From assembly GCA_017462485.1 (NCBI GenBank), contig JAFTRA010000042.1, forward strand, positions 119,214-183,213: a DNA stretch of 64,000 nt. The letters are read 5' to 3'. The DNA comes from Clostridia bacterium. Lineage in GTDB: Bacteria; Bacillota; Clostridia; Oscillospirales; CAG-272. The notes beneath the pieces were generated by a model that was not told the origin of the DNA, searched no databases, and saw only the letters and a list, made by a program, of their open reading frames with translations. Below, piece after piece: positions 37,499-46,476 of the stretch. Made by a program: the position numbers and the translations under genes. Every line of letters starts with the position of its first letter. Position 1 is the stretch's first letter.

Positions 37499-37694
37499 AA
37501 TGCGAACATAAGCGGGGGCGAACGAATTTTGAGAAGAAATCTTCATCTTCGCTCAGAAGCAAATACGCTGTGAGTATTTATCGTTATGTTTCTCTACGAT
37601 GGTGCAAAAATTACGAAATACACATAAATTTAGAGCGAAGATACTAAACGTATCCTCGCCCTTATTTTTTGTTCGGTTATGCCAAAATACGACA
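37499..37694. repeat. repeated intergenic element, copy B (between msmX-like stop and GDPD start)
   Basis: About 86-90 percent identical by eye to the two conserved blocks of copy A (33670-33713 and 33808-33884). Confidence 0.75.
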
Positions 37695-37705
37695 GTCCGA
37701 TAGAT

Positions 37706-38839
37706 TTAGTGGCAAATGCACTTCTCAGTATCTCTATCAAAGATATGGATACGTGATGCATCAATAGCAACGGTAATCTCATCGCCGGACTTAGCCTGCG
37801 AACGAGAGGATACTCTGGCGATAATATTCTTTCCGTTGGTTGCGTCTTCCATACCCTCGAATGCAAGGTAGAGATAAATCTCTGCGCCCATAAGCTCGGT
37901 TACGTCAACGTTAACCTTCATAAGCGACTCGGACAAGGTCTGAAGATACATAGGCTCGTCGTGAATTGCCTCGGGACGAATACCGAAGATAACTTCCTGG
38001 TCTATGTACTCCTTAAGAGCGGGATTGTTTGCCTTCTCGCTGGGGAGCTTAAGCTCGGTGTTACCAAACGTAGCGTAGAGGTTCTGACCCTTCTTCTCAA
38101 GCTTACCGTTGATGAAGTTCATCTGAGGTGTGCCTATGAAGCCTGCAACGAAGAGGTTGCAGGGAGAATCGTAGAGATTCTGGGGAGTATCAACCTGCTG
38201 AATAAGACCGTCTCTCATAACAACGATACGGGAAGCCATCGTCATAGCCTCTACCTGGTCGTGAGTTACGTATATGAAGGTGGTTTCTACCTTCTTATGA
38301 AGCTTGGTAAGCTCGGTTCTCATGCTCGCACGAAGCTTTGCGTCAAGGTTGGAAAGCGGCTCGTCAAGAAGGAATACCTTGGGGTTACGAACGATTGCAC
38401 GACCGAGCGCAACTCTCTGCTTCTGACCACCCGAAAGAGCCTTGGGACGACGGTCGAGAAGGTGGCTGATGTCAAGAATTCTTGCAGCTTCTTCAACTCT
38501 CTTCTTAATCTGCTCCTTGGGAACCTTACGAAGCTTAAGACCGAAAGCCATGTTATCAAATACTGTCATATGAGGATAAAGAGCGTAGTTCTGGAACACC
38601 ATCGCTATGTCTCTGTCCTTAGGAGCAACGTCGTTAACGTACTTATCACCAATCCAAAGCTCGCCCTCGGAAATCTCCTCAAGTCCTGCTATCATACGAA
38701 GAGTGGTGGACTTACCGCATCCGGAAGGACCTACGAAGATAAGGAATTCCTTATCCTTAATTTCAAGGTTGAAGTCGGATACAGCGGTAACGCCGCCGGG
38801 ATACTTTTTGTAAATGTGTCTCAATGAAAGACCTGCCAT
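37706..38839 (-). CDS. msmX: sugar ABC transporter ATP-binding protein, MsmX/MalK/UgpC type (orphan ATPase)
   Basis: Walker A GPSGCGKST, signature LSGGQKQR, Walker B FLLDEPLSNLD, and a C-terminal regulatory domain. No permease or binding-protein gene is adjacent. Confidence 0.9.
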   Translation of the reverse strand: MAGLSLRHIYKKYPGGVTAVSDFNLEIKDKEFLIFVGPSGCGKSTTLRMIAGLEEISEGELWIGDKYVNDVAPKDRDIAMVFQNYALYPHMTVFDNMAFGLKLRKVPKEQIKKRVEEAARILDISHLLDRRPKALSGGQKQRVALGRAIVRNPKVFLLDEPLSNLDAKLRASMRTELTKLHKKVETTFIYVTHDQVEAMTMASRIVVMRDGLIQQVDTPQNLYDSPCNLFVAGFIGTPQMNFINGKLEKKGQNLYATFGNTELKLPSEKANNPALKEYIDQEVIFGIRPEAIHDEPMYLQTLSESLMKVNVDVTELMGAEIYLYLAFEGMEDATNGKNIIARVSSRSQAKSGDEITVAIDASRIHIFDRDTEKCICH

Positions 38840-39077
38840 TTGTGTAATCTCCTTTAAAATAATTTTTTAACACCTATATTCTACAATATTTTTATTCTTT
38901 TTTCCATTGGCATCTTAACTGTTTTTCAAAGGCACTCTTTGGTAGTTTTTCACATTTTATATATCTTTCTTTTGTTATTATTAACAAATCGCTTTTACAT
39001 TTTCTAATTTATTAGAATTCCTTGTTTTCCATTTTAATATGCTGATATTACACTATTTGATTTAGCCAGCTTGTCTA

Positions 39078-39335
39078 TTGACTTTCGCCTTTATTTGTGA
39101 TAGAATAACTCTGCCAAACAAATTTAATAATAGAATTAGCGGTATCTTTTTCTCTATGGGAGTATTATACCCTTTTTTTGTCATAATCTTTTTTATAATT
39201 CGGTAAAACCGCAAATTCCGTTTAAAGAGATTATGGCACAGGTGCTCTAATTCTATTTAAATTTGTTTGGCGACAATTGGAGTTTGCGTTTTTCGGTGCG
39301 CTGACTTCGGTTGGCGCATCTTTTTATTTTTATCA
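39078..39335 (+). promoter_or_regulatory. promoter plus structured 5' leader with terminator-like hairpin upstream of the LRR lipoprotein gene
   Basis: TTGACT, 17 nt, TAGAAT (39078-39106). Arms of about 25 nt at 39113-39139 and 39247-39271 are complementary. A GGTGCGC...GCGCATC hairpin (39295-39320) is followed by TTTTTATTTTT just before the GGAGGA RBS. Confidence 0.5.
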
Positions 39336-39354
39336 AACTTTGGAGGAAAAGAAA

Positions 39355-42036
39355 ATGAAAAAATCAAGAAAAATCGCAATATTTTTACTGTGCCTATGTT
39401 TAATTTATGCGAGTATATTTACATTTGCAGCTTGCAAGAATAACGAAACCGGGAAAGATACTAGCGGAGAGCAAAATTCCGAAAACGCAACTGAGGAAGA
39501 TGCTAGCGTAGAGCAAGGAGGTAATGAGTCAGAAACCGGTTCTAGTGAGCCGAACGACAACAATCAAAATTCCGAGAATGGTGAACAAAACACTGAAAAT
39601 GAATACGCAAGCAATGATTTACAGTATGAACTTTCAAATGACAAGACTCACTATGTACTTTGCGGTATAGGAGATTGCACTGATACAGATATTGTAATTC
39701 CAAGTACGTATAACAATCTCCCTGTTTCTTCTATTCTTAATCAGGCATTTATGGGTTGCACAACTCTTACAAACATAACTATCCCAAATAGCGTTACCTC
39801 TATTGGTGACAGTGCGTTCTACAATTGCACAAGCCTTGCAAGCATAACCATTCCCGATAGCGTTACTTCTGTTGGCTATAGGGCGTTCCTAGGTTGCACC
39901 AATTTACAGTATAACGAATATGATAATGCATATTACCTTGGCAATGAAAAGAATCCTTACGTTGTATTAGTGGAACCTAAGAGTAGAGACATCACTTCTT
40001 GTATTATCCCTAACGGCACGAAGGTTATCTATGAACAAGCATTCCGTAGTTGCACAAGCCTTACAAGCATAACTATCCCCAAAATCGTTACTTCTATTGG
40101 TAGATATGCGTTCCAAGATTGCTCAAGCCTTACAAGCTTAACTATTCCTGATGGCATCACTTTTATTGGTGACGATGCATTCATAAATTGCGCGGATTTG
40201 CAATACAACAAATATGATAACGCATGTTATCTTGGAAATGAGAATAACCCTTACTTAGCATTAATTAAAGCTACGAGTGCCGATATTGCTTCTTGTGCTA
40301 TTCATAACGATACAAAAGTTATTTATTACTCTGCGTTCAAAGATTGCGCAAAACTTACAAACATAAATATTCCTGAAAAGGTTATTTCGATTGGTAGGTA
40401 TGCGTTTGAGAATTGCACAGCTATCGAAGAAATCTATTTTAATGCCAATGCTATGCGTGATTTTGAGTTTAGAAATGGAACTTTCGGTAATGCAGGCAAT
40501 GACGAAAATGGAATAAAAGTTGTTATTGGTAAAAACGTTACTAGAATTCCTGCGCATCTTTTCGAATCTGACACTGAAACAACCCCATATTCACCTAAAA
40601 TAACAAGTGTAGAATTCGAAAATAGCAGTATATGCGAAAATATAGGTTTTTCTGCGTTCTCTCGTTGCACAAGCCTTACAAGCATAACCATTCCGAATAG
40701 CGTTACTTCTATTGGTAGTTATGCGTTCCAAGATTGCTCAAGTCTCACAAGCGTAACTATTCCCGATAGCGTTACTTCTATTGGTAGTTATGCGTTCCAA
40801 GATTGCTCAAGCCTCACAAGCATAACCATTCCGAATGGCGTTACTTCTATTGGTAGGAGTGCGTTCCTTGGTTGCACAAGCCTTACAAGTATAAATATTC
40901 CCGATAGCGTTACTTCTATTGGTAGTTATGCGTTCCAAGATTGCTCAAGCCTCACAAGCGTAACTATTCCCGATAGTGTCACTTCCATTGGTGATTGTGC
41001 ATTTCGTGATTGCTCAAGTCTCACAAGCGTAACTATTCCCGATAGCGTTACTTCTATTGGTGACAGTGCGTTCCAAGATTGCTCAAGCCTCACAAGCATA
41101 ACCATTCCGAATGGCGTTACTTCTATTGGTAGGAGTGCGTTCCTTGGTTGCACAAGCCTTACAAGTATAACTATTCCAGATAGCGTTACTTCTATTGGTG
41201 CTAGAGCGTTCCGCGGTTGCACGAGTCTTACAAGCGTAACTATTCCCGATAGCGTTACTTCTATTGGTAGTTATGCGTTCCAAGATTGCTCAAGCCTTAC
41301 AACCGTAATCATTCCCGATAGCGTTACTTCTATTGGTATGCGTGCTTTCGAGGGTTGCATAAGCCTTACAAACATAACTATTCCAGATAGTGTCACTTCC
41401 ATTGGTGATCTTGCATTTCGTGATTGCTCAAGCCTTACAAGTGTAAATATTCCCAATAGCGTTACTTCTATTGGTAGGAATGCGTTCCAAGATTGCTCAA
41501 GTCTCACAAGCGTAACTATTCCCGATAGCGTTACCTCTATTGGTGATCTTGCATTTCGTGATTGCTCAAGTCTCACAAGCGTAACTATTCCCGATAGCGT
41601 TACCTCTATTGGTGATCTTGCATTTCGTGATTGCTCAAGTCTCACAAGCGTAACTATTCCCGATAGCGTTACTTCTATTGGTGACAGTGCGTTCCTTGGT
41701 TGCACCAATTTACAGTATAACGAATATGATAATGCATATTACCTTGGCAATGAAAAGAATCCTTACGTTGTATTAGTGAAACCTAAGAGTAGAGACATCA
41801 CTTCTTGTATTATCCCTAACGGCACGAAGGTTATCTATGAACAAGCATTCCGTAGTTGCACAAGCCTTACAAACATATTCTACAAAGGTACAAAAAAAGA
41901 CTGGAATAGCATCTCTTTCGGTTACTATAATAATCTTGAAGATGTCGCTCGTTACTACTACTCCGAAACCGCTCCCACAGAAGAAGGAAGTTTCTGGCAT
42001 TATGACGAAAATGAAGAGATTGCGATTTGGGAATAA
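39355..42036 (+). CDS. BspA-type leucine-rich-repeat surface lipoprotein
   Basis: GGAGGA RBS. MKKSRKIAIFLLCLCLIYASIFTFAAC lipobox, an acidic N/E/S linker, then more than 25 LRR units of about 23 aa (SLTSVTIPDSVTSIGDSAFQDCS). The ORF track start at 39277 lies in the leader. Confidence 0.85.
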   Translation: MKKSRKIAIFLLCLCLIYASIFTFAACKNNETGKDTSGEQNSENATEEDASVEQGGNESETGSSEPNDNNQNSENGEQNTENEYASNDLQYELSNDKTHYVLCGIGDCTDTDIVIPSTYNNLPVSSILNQAFMGCTTLTNITIPNSVTSIGDSAFYNCTSLASITIPDSVTSVGYRAFLGCTNLQYNEYDNAYYLGNEKNPYVVLVEPKSRDITSCIIPNGTKVIYEQAFRSCTSLTSITIPKIVTSIGRYAFQDCSSLTSLTIPDGITFIGDDAFINCADLQYNKYDNACYLGNENNPYLALIKATSADIASCAIHNDTKVIYYSAFKDCAKLTNINIPEKVISIGRYAFENCTAIEEIYFNANAMRDFEFRNGTFGNAGNDENGIKVVIGKNVTRIPAHLFESDTETTPYSPKITSVEFENSSICENIGFSAFSRCTSLTSITIPNSVTSIGSYAFQDCSSLTSVTIPDSVTSIGSYAFQDCSSLTSITIPNGVTSIGRSAFLGCTSLTSINIPDSVTSIGSYAFQDCSSLTSVTIPDSVTSIGDCAFRDCSSLTSVTIPDSVTSIGDSAFQDCSSLTSITIPNGVTSIGRSAFLGCTSLTSITIPDSVTSIGARAFRGCTSLTSVTIPDSVTSIGSYAFQDCSSLTTVIIPDSVTSIGMRAFEGCISLTNITIPDSVTSIGDLAFRDCSSLTSVNIPNSVTSIGRNAFQDCSSLTSVTIPDSVTSIGDLAFRDCSSLTSVTIPDSVTSIGDLAFRDCSSLTSVTIPDSVTSIGDSAFLGCTNLQYNEYDNAYYLGNEKNPYVVLVKPKSRDITSCIIPNGTKVIYEQAFRSCTSLTNIFYKGTKKDWNSISFGYYNNLEDVARYYYSETAPTEEGSFWHYDENEEIAIWE
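39892..40066 (+). repeat. 175-bp direct repeat, copy 1 (inside the LRR gene)
   Basis: Identical to 41698-41872 except for one base (GGAACC vs GAAACC). The offset is exactly 1806 bp. Confidence 0.9.
40666..41700 (+). repeat. 15 tandem 69-bp (23-codon) LRR units, highly similar at DNA level
   Basis: Period read directly: TGC.CAAG.CT.ACAAG.(A/G)TAAC.ATTCC.(G/A)ATAG.GTTACTTCTATTGGT... repeated 15 times in frame. Confidence 0.9.
41698..41872 (+). repeat. 175-bp direct repeat, copy 2 (inside the LRR gene)
   Basis: See 39892-40066. Confidence 0.9.
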
Positions 42037-42101
42037 TATGATATCCACTGCTCCAGATAATAAAACATTAAAATCATTTTATCGTAATTTAAGGAGAAAT
42101 C

Positions 42102-42989
42102 ATGGGACGTAAAAAAATAACTTTAGACAACAAAAACTGTACTTTTAGCGACGAGGAATACAAACGTTTAAATAACGAATTGTTAGAACGAATGCGAGGA
42201 ATCTTCACGCATGGCTTTTCCATTATCTCGATGGTTGGGTTGCTTTGGACAATTACCGCAACTTTAATAGCAAACTATAATCTTAAAGATAATTTGTGTG
42301 GCAGTGATGCAACATTCTTTTTTGCCGGACTTGTTGTTTTCCTTTTTGGTGCTCCTTCATTTGTATTATATCCTTTTTCTGTAAAATATCGGGACAATCT
42401 CCGTGTGATTGCAAATCTCAGCTCATATATAAAGGTGTTCTTTGAATATCCGCTTTTATTAGGCAAGCATGATACTAACGGAAAGAATGCTCCTCGTATG
42501 TCATGGGAAACTATGCATTGTGGCGCAAAATACGGAGTAAAAAAGCTTTTCGGATTTGAATACGGAGCAGCGGCAATTGTTTCCGATATTCTTGCAGCAC
42601 TCTCTTTCATTTATATCTTATCTCTTGGGCGAGATACAAATGGGTTTATAGCTTTTTTAGTGTTTGGAATTGTTTATTTAATTTTTCTGACTTACACTAC
42701 AATTATGGTATGCTTAAATTCACGTTCAACCGAACCGCTATTTACATACAACAAAGAATATTTTCTGGTATATCTGTCAGAAGCAACCGAATCTGGCTTT
42801 CTATCAAAAGATGAGGCAATTTTTTGCATAAAAAATCAAATAAAAACACTTATGCGTGATTCTTACGTATCCAACAATCTAAGAAAGAGCAAGAGAAAAA
42901 ACTTATATGATATCTATTTCAATGAGGGGATATCAAAATATAAAAGTTACGTTCGAAAAAATTCTGAATTTCGCTCGATGAATTTTTAA
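42102..42989 (+). CDS. hypothetical polytopic membrane protein
   Basis: AGGAGA RBS. About 5 hydrophobic helices. I recognise no family. AT-rich like the LRR gene. Confidence 0.55.
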   Translation: MGRKKITLDNKNCTFSDEEYKRLNNELLERMRGIFTHGFSIISMVGLLWTITATLIANYNLKDNLCGSDATFFFAGLVVFLFGAPSFVLYPFSVKYRDNLRVIANLSSYIKVFFEYPLLLGKHDTNGKNAPRMSWETMHCGAKYGVKKLFGFEYGAAAIVSDILAALSFIYILSLGRDTNGFIAFLVFGIVYLIFLTYTTIMVCLNSRSTEPLFTYNKEYFLVYLSEATESGFLSKDEAIFCIKNQIKTLMRDSYVSNNLRKSKRKNLYDIYFNEGISKYKSYVRKNSEFRSMNF

Positions 42990-43035
42990 GACTACTACAT
43001 ATCTATTACCTTATTAGAATGAATTCATTCCAGCA

Positions 43036-43070
43036 AGAAGCCGCCTGTTTGTAGGCGGCTTCTTTCATTT
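43036..43070 (+). terminator. intrinsic terminator
   Basis: AAGAAGCCGCCT / AGGCGGCTTCTT stem followed by a T-rich tail. Confidence 0.75.
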
Positions 43071-43182
43071 CTTCTCTAAATATTCAAAATTGAAAACTTT
43101 ATAATGCAAAATTCCGCCAAAAGACACGAACAATTCTACGCAATGGGTTAAGTTAGGCAAAATTAATGACTTGTTTTTTATA

Positions 43183-43211
43183 TTGACATCATCAACTAAA
43201 TAATGTATAAT
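43183..43211 (+). promoter_or_regulatory. consensus sigma-A promoter of the alpha-galactosidase gene
   Basis: TTGACA, 17 nt, TATAAT. Confidence 0.7.
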
Positions 43212-43322
43212 ACCTTTAGTTATTAGTGACATTTTGCCATATAAAAGCGACATATTTCAATGGATTTCTTCGCGCGTGAGATTTATAATAATATTGTAAT
43301 ACAAAAAAACAGGAGAAGTATT

Positions 43323-45503
43323 ATGGCAATTTGCTTTGACAAGGAAACAAAAACCTTCTATCTTGAAGGTAAGAGTACAACCTACGCCTTCTTTATAAAC
43401 AATTTCGGCTATGCCGAGCATCTTTATTACGGCAGTAAAATTCACCGTGATTATCTGCTCTTCACTCGCTCGGGCAGTACGCAGACGTTCCAGGCTACGC
43501 TCCCAGGACTTGACAGGCAGCCGGGATTTAATACGTACAATGCTATGAGCCCCGAAATCACCTTCTTCGGAACGGGTGATTACAGAGAGGCTACCGTTCA
43601 TCCGAAATTCGAGACGGGTGACCGCCTGACGCAGCTTCATTATCACAGCCACGAAATTCTCGACGAGAAGCCTCGCATTTCCTGTATGCCCTCGCTTGAC
43701 GGCGGCAAGACTCTCGTTCTTCATCTTTATGACGAGGTCAAGAGCTTCGGCGCAGACCTTTACTATACCGTTTACGACGACTGCGACGTTATCGCAAGGC
43801 GCATAGTTTACATAAATAATTCGGATAGTGAAATTGCTATTGAGAGAGCTTATTCGTTCGCTTTTGCTCTTCCCACAGCAGACTACGATATGATTTCCCT
43901 CTTCGGTGGTTGGGCTTGCGAAAGACAGCTTGAAAGAACTCCGCTTCACCACGGTGTTTCCTCGGTTGACTCGAAGAGAGGATCCTCTTCTGCCTCGCTC
44001 AATCCGTTCGTTGCTATCGTAGGAAAGGACACTAATGAAACGAGCGGCAACGCTTACGGCTTCAACCTTATTTATTCCTCTTCTTACGTGCTTAAGGCAG
44101 AGCGCGCGGTGGGCGGCGAGGTTATAGTCTCGGGCGGTATCAACGACTTTGACTTTGAGTGGAAGCTTGGCGCCGGCGAGACGTTTGAGACGCCCGAAGC
44201 TGTTATCGCTTATTCTGCCGACGGTATCGGCGGTATGAGCCGTGAGCTTCACGATGCTTACAGAAATCATCTTATAAACAAAAAATACGCACACGCTCCC
44301 CGTCCAATTCTTATCAACAACTGGGAGGCCACCTACTTCAAATTCACAACTGAGAAGCTCTCGGCTATCGCTGACGCGGTTGAGGGCACGGGTATTGACA
44401 CGCTCGTTCTCGACGACGGTTGGTTTGGCAAAAGAGAAGACGATTCTTCCGGACTCGGCGACTGGGTAGTAAACGAACAGAAGCTCGTAGGCGGTCTTGA
44501 CGCGGTGATAAATCACGTTCACAGCAAGGGTATGAAATTCGGTCTTTGGTTTGAGCCCGAGATGATAAGCGAGGACTCGGACATATTCCGCGCTCATCCC
44601 GAATACGCTATCGGAGTACCCGATAGAAAAAGATGCTATTCCAGGCATCAGTTCGTAATGGACCTTACCAACCCCGAGGTCAGAGATTACGTTGTTAACT
44701 CGGTTAACGCTATCGTAAGAAATCACGAGATAGACTACGTTAAGTGGGACTTCAACAGAAATATTACCGAGTTCTTCTCACTTGGTCTTGACGCTGAATA
44801 TCAGTCCGAATTCTCGCACAGATACGCCCTCGGTCTTTACGATATCTGCGAACGCATAGTTAATGGAAATCCCGATGTATTCTTCGAGGGCTGCTCGGGC
44901 GGCGGCGCAAGATTCGACCCGGCAATTCTCTACTACTTCCCACAAATATGGGCATCTGACGACTCGGATGCCGAGGAGCGCACACGCATTCAGTACGGAA
45001 CCTCTCTCGCATACCCACTCTCCGCTATGTCCTGCCACGTATCCGCAGTTCCCAATCACCAGGTAAACAGAATTACGTCATTTGAAACGCGCGGTAACAT
45101 AGCTCACCTCGGAGCAACCGGCTACGAGCTTGACACTACCGTTTTCACCGATAATGACAGAGCTGCCGTTAAAGCGCAGATTGAGAACTATAAGAAGATG
45201 GAGCGTCTCGTTCTTGACGGTGACCTCTACCGCCTTGAGAATCCCTTTGAATCGGATTACTTCGCATTCGCCATAGTTTCTAAGGATAAGTCCCAAGCTC
45301 ATCTTACCTGCTACCGTTCTCTCGGTCACTGCAATCCCCACGCGCATAGAGTTGTAATGCAGGGACTTGACAAAAACAAGGAATACTATATTCCCGAGCT
45401 TAAGATAATCGTTCACGGCTCGACGCTTATGAACGTTGGTCTTACGGTTAACTTCCCCAAGGGAGATTTTCAGACTAAGGTTTATCACTTTGAGGAAAAA
45501 TAA
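43323..45503 (+). CDS. alpha-galactosidase, glycoside hydrolase family 36
   Basis: AGGAGA RBS before the ATG at 43323. YVKWDFNR (nucleophile region), CSGGGARFD, WASDDSDA. The 489-aa antisense ORF is a shadow. Confidence 0.9.
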   Translation: MAICFDKETKTFYLEGKSTTYAFFINNFGYAEHLYYGSKIHRDYLLFTRSGSTQTFQATLPGLDRQPGFNTYNAMSPEITFFGTGDYREATVHPKFETGDRLTQLHYHSHEILDEKPRISCMPSLDGGKTLVLHLYDEVKSFGADLYYTVYDDCDVIARRIVYINNSDSEIAIERAYSFAFALPTADYDMISLFGGWACERQLERTPLHHGVSSVDSKRGSSSASLNPFVAIVGKDTNETSGNAYGFNLIYSSSYVLKAERAVGGEVIVSGGINDFDFEWKLGAGETFETPEAVIAYSADGIGGMSRELHDAYRNHLINKKYAHAPRPILINNWEATYFKFTTEKLSAIADAVEGTGIDTLVLDDGWFGKREDDSSGLGDWVVNEQKLVGGLDAVINHVHSKGMKFGLWFEPEMISEDSDIFRAHPEYAIGVPDRKRCYSRHQFVMDLTNPEVRDYVVNSVNAIVRNHEIDYVKWDFNRNITEFFSLGLDAEYQSEFSHRYALGLYDICERIVNGNPDVFFEGCSGGGARFDPAILYYFPQIWASDDSDAEERTRIQYGTSLAYPLSAMSCHVSAVPNHQVNRITSFETRGNIAHLGATGYELDTTVFTDNDRAAVKAQIENYKKMERLVLDGDLYRLENPFESDYFAFAIVSKDKSQAHLTCYRSLGHCNPHAHRVVMQGLDKNKEYYIPELKIIVHGSTLMNVGLTVNFPKGDFQTKVYHFEEK

Positions 45504-45719
45504 TCATTAAATTTTACTTTAAAATCAAAAATAAAAACGCAGGTTTTTCTCAAAAAAGAGTTAAAACTTGCGTTTTTTGTTTACTTTTATTTACTTTTAG
45601 TGCATTTAACGTCTCATAATTAAAAATTAGTTCTTGTTTTACAGCAAAAATTTAGCTTTGACCCGGTATCATTATTAACCATTCGGAAACACTAACAAAA
45701 AAACGTTTTCGAGGTGTAA

Positions 45720-46394
45720 ATGGAATTTATAAAAATCATATTAACCTCTTTACTCTCCGTCGTCGCCTTGTTCTTTATCGCAAAAATTATGGGGCATAAG
45801 CAGCTGGCACAGCTTGACTTTTTCGACTATATCACGGGGATCACCATAGGCTCAATTGCGGCAGAGCTTGCAATTGATTTGGAGACTCCTTGGAAAGCGC
45901 TTGTTGCCATGCTCATATACGGCGCTGTTTCGGTAACGCTCAATATGATAACTCACAAGTTTCCAAAAACGAGAAAATTTATAAACGGAACGCCTACAAT
46001 AGTTATGAACGACGGCAAAATCTTCCGCAAAAATCTTAAGAAGGCAAAGCTTGATTTAAGCGAATTTATGGTTCTTTGCCGAGAGCAAGGATATTTTGAT
46101 ATGAATGATATCAAAACCGCCATTTTCGAGCAAAACGGAAAGCTAACGGTGTTCCCCGTCAGTACAAGCCGTCCGCTTACAGCCTACGACATTAACCTCA
46201 AAGTTAAGCCCGAGCATATCAGTACCGAGCTTATTATGGACGGACGAATTATGGGTGAGAATCTCAAAAGGCGCGGACTTGACGTAAGCTGGCTTGAAAA
46301 ACAAATCCGCGCGCTCGGTTACCACGGCACGAAGGAAGTTTTTCTCGCACTTTGCGACGAGAGTAACAAGCTTACCGTGTTCGGTTTTGATTAG
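45720..46394 (+). CDS. DUF421 (YetF-like) membrane protein
   Basis: N-terminal helices plus GHKQLAQLDFFDYITGITIGSIAAELA, typical of the YetF/DUF421 family. Confidence 0.8.
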   Translation: MEFIKIILTSLLSVVALFFIAKIMGHKQLAQLDFFDYITGITIGSIAAELAIDLETPWKALVAMLIYGAVSVTLNMITHKFPKTRKFINGTPTIVMNDGKIFRKNLKKAKLDLSEFMVLCREQGYFDMNDIKTAIFEQNGKLTVFPVSTSRPLTAYDINLKVKPEHISTELIMDGRIMGENLKRRGLDVSWLEKQIRALGYHGTKEVFLALCDESNKLTVFGFD

Positions 46395-46424
46395 CACGGC
46401 TGAAATCAGAAGTTTATTCCGAAA

Positions 46425-46466
46425 AGAAACGCAGAGCCCGGAATTTTATGGGACTCTGCGTTTTTA
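46425..46466. terminator. bidirectional intrinsic terminator
   Basis: AAACGCAGAGCCC / GGGACTCTGCGTTT stem between convergent genes. Confidence 0.8.
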
Positions 46467-46476
46467 GTATGTTTGT

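Noticed and set aside
39277-39354. Upstream extension of the LRR ORF (MEFAFFGALTSVGASFYFYQTLEEKK)
   Set aside because: It has no RBS and overlaps the terminator-like leader hairpin. A GGAGGA RBS and a canonical lipoprotein signal peptide begin at 39355.
40666-41700. Regular 69-bp repeats that at first glance resemble a CRISPR-like array
   Set aside because: There are no unique spacers. The period is exactly 23 codons in the open frame of the LRR lipoprotein. There are no cas genes. It is a coding tandem repeat.
43257-44726. 489-aa ORF on the minus strand opposite the GH36 alpha-galactosidase gene
   Set aside because: It lies entirely antisense to a gene with strong family motifs. Its translation is low-complexity (R/V/S-rich) with no RBS or recognisable domain. 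It is a shadow ORF. The same applies to 17975-19486, 20300-21190, 23959-25071, 37961-38827, 55248-55811, 59046-59747, 31097-31807 and the other long antisense ORFs in the track.
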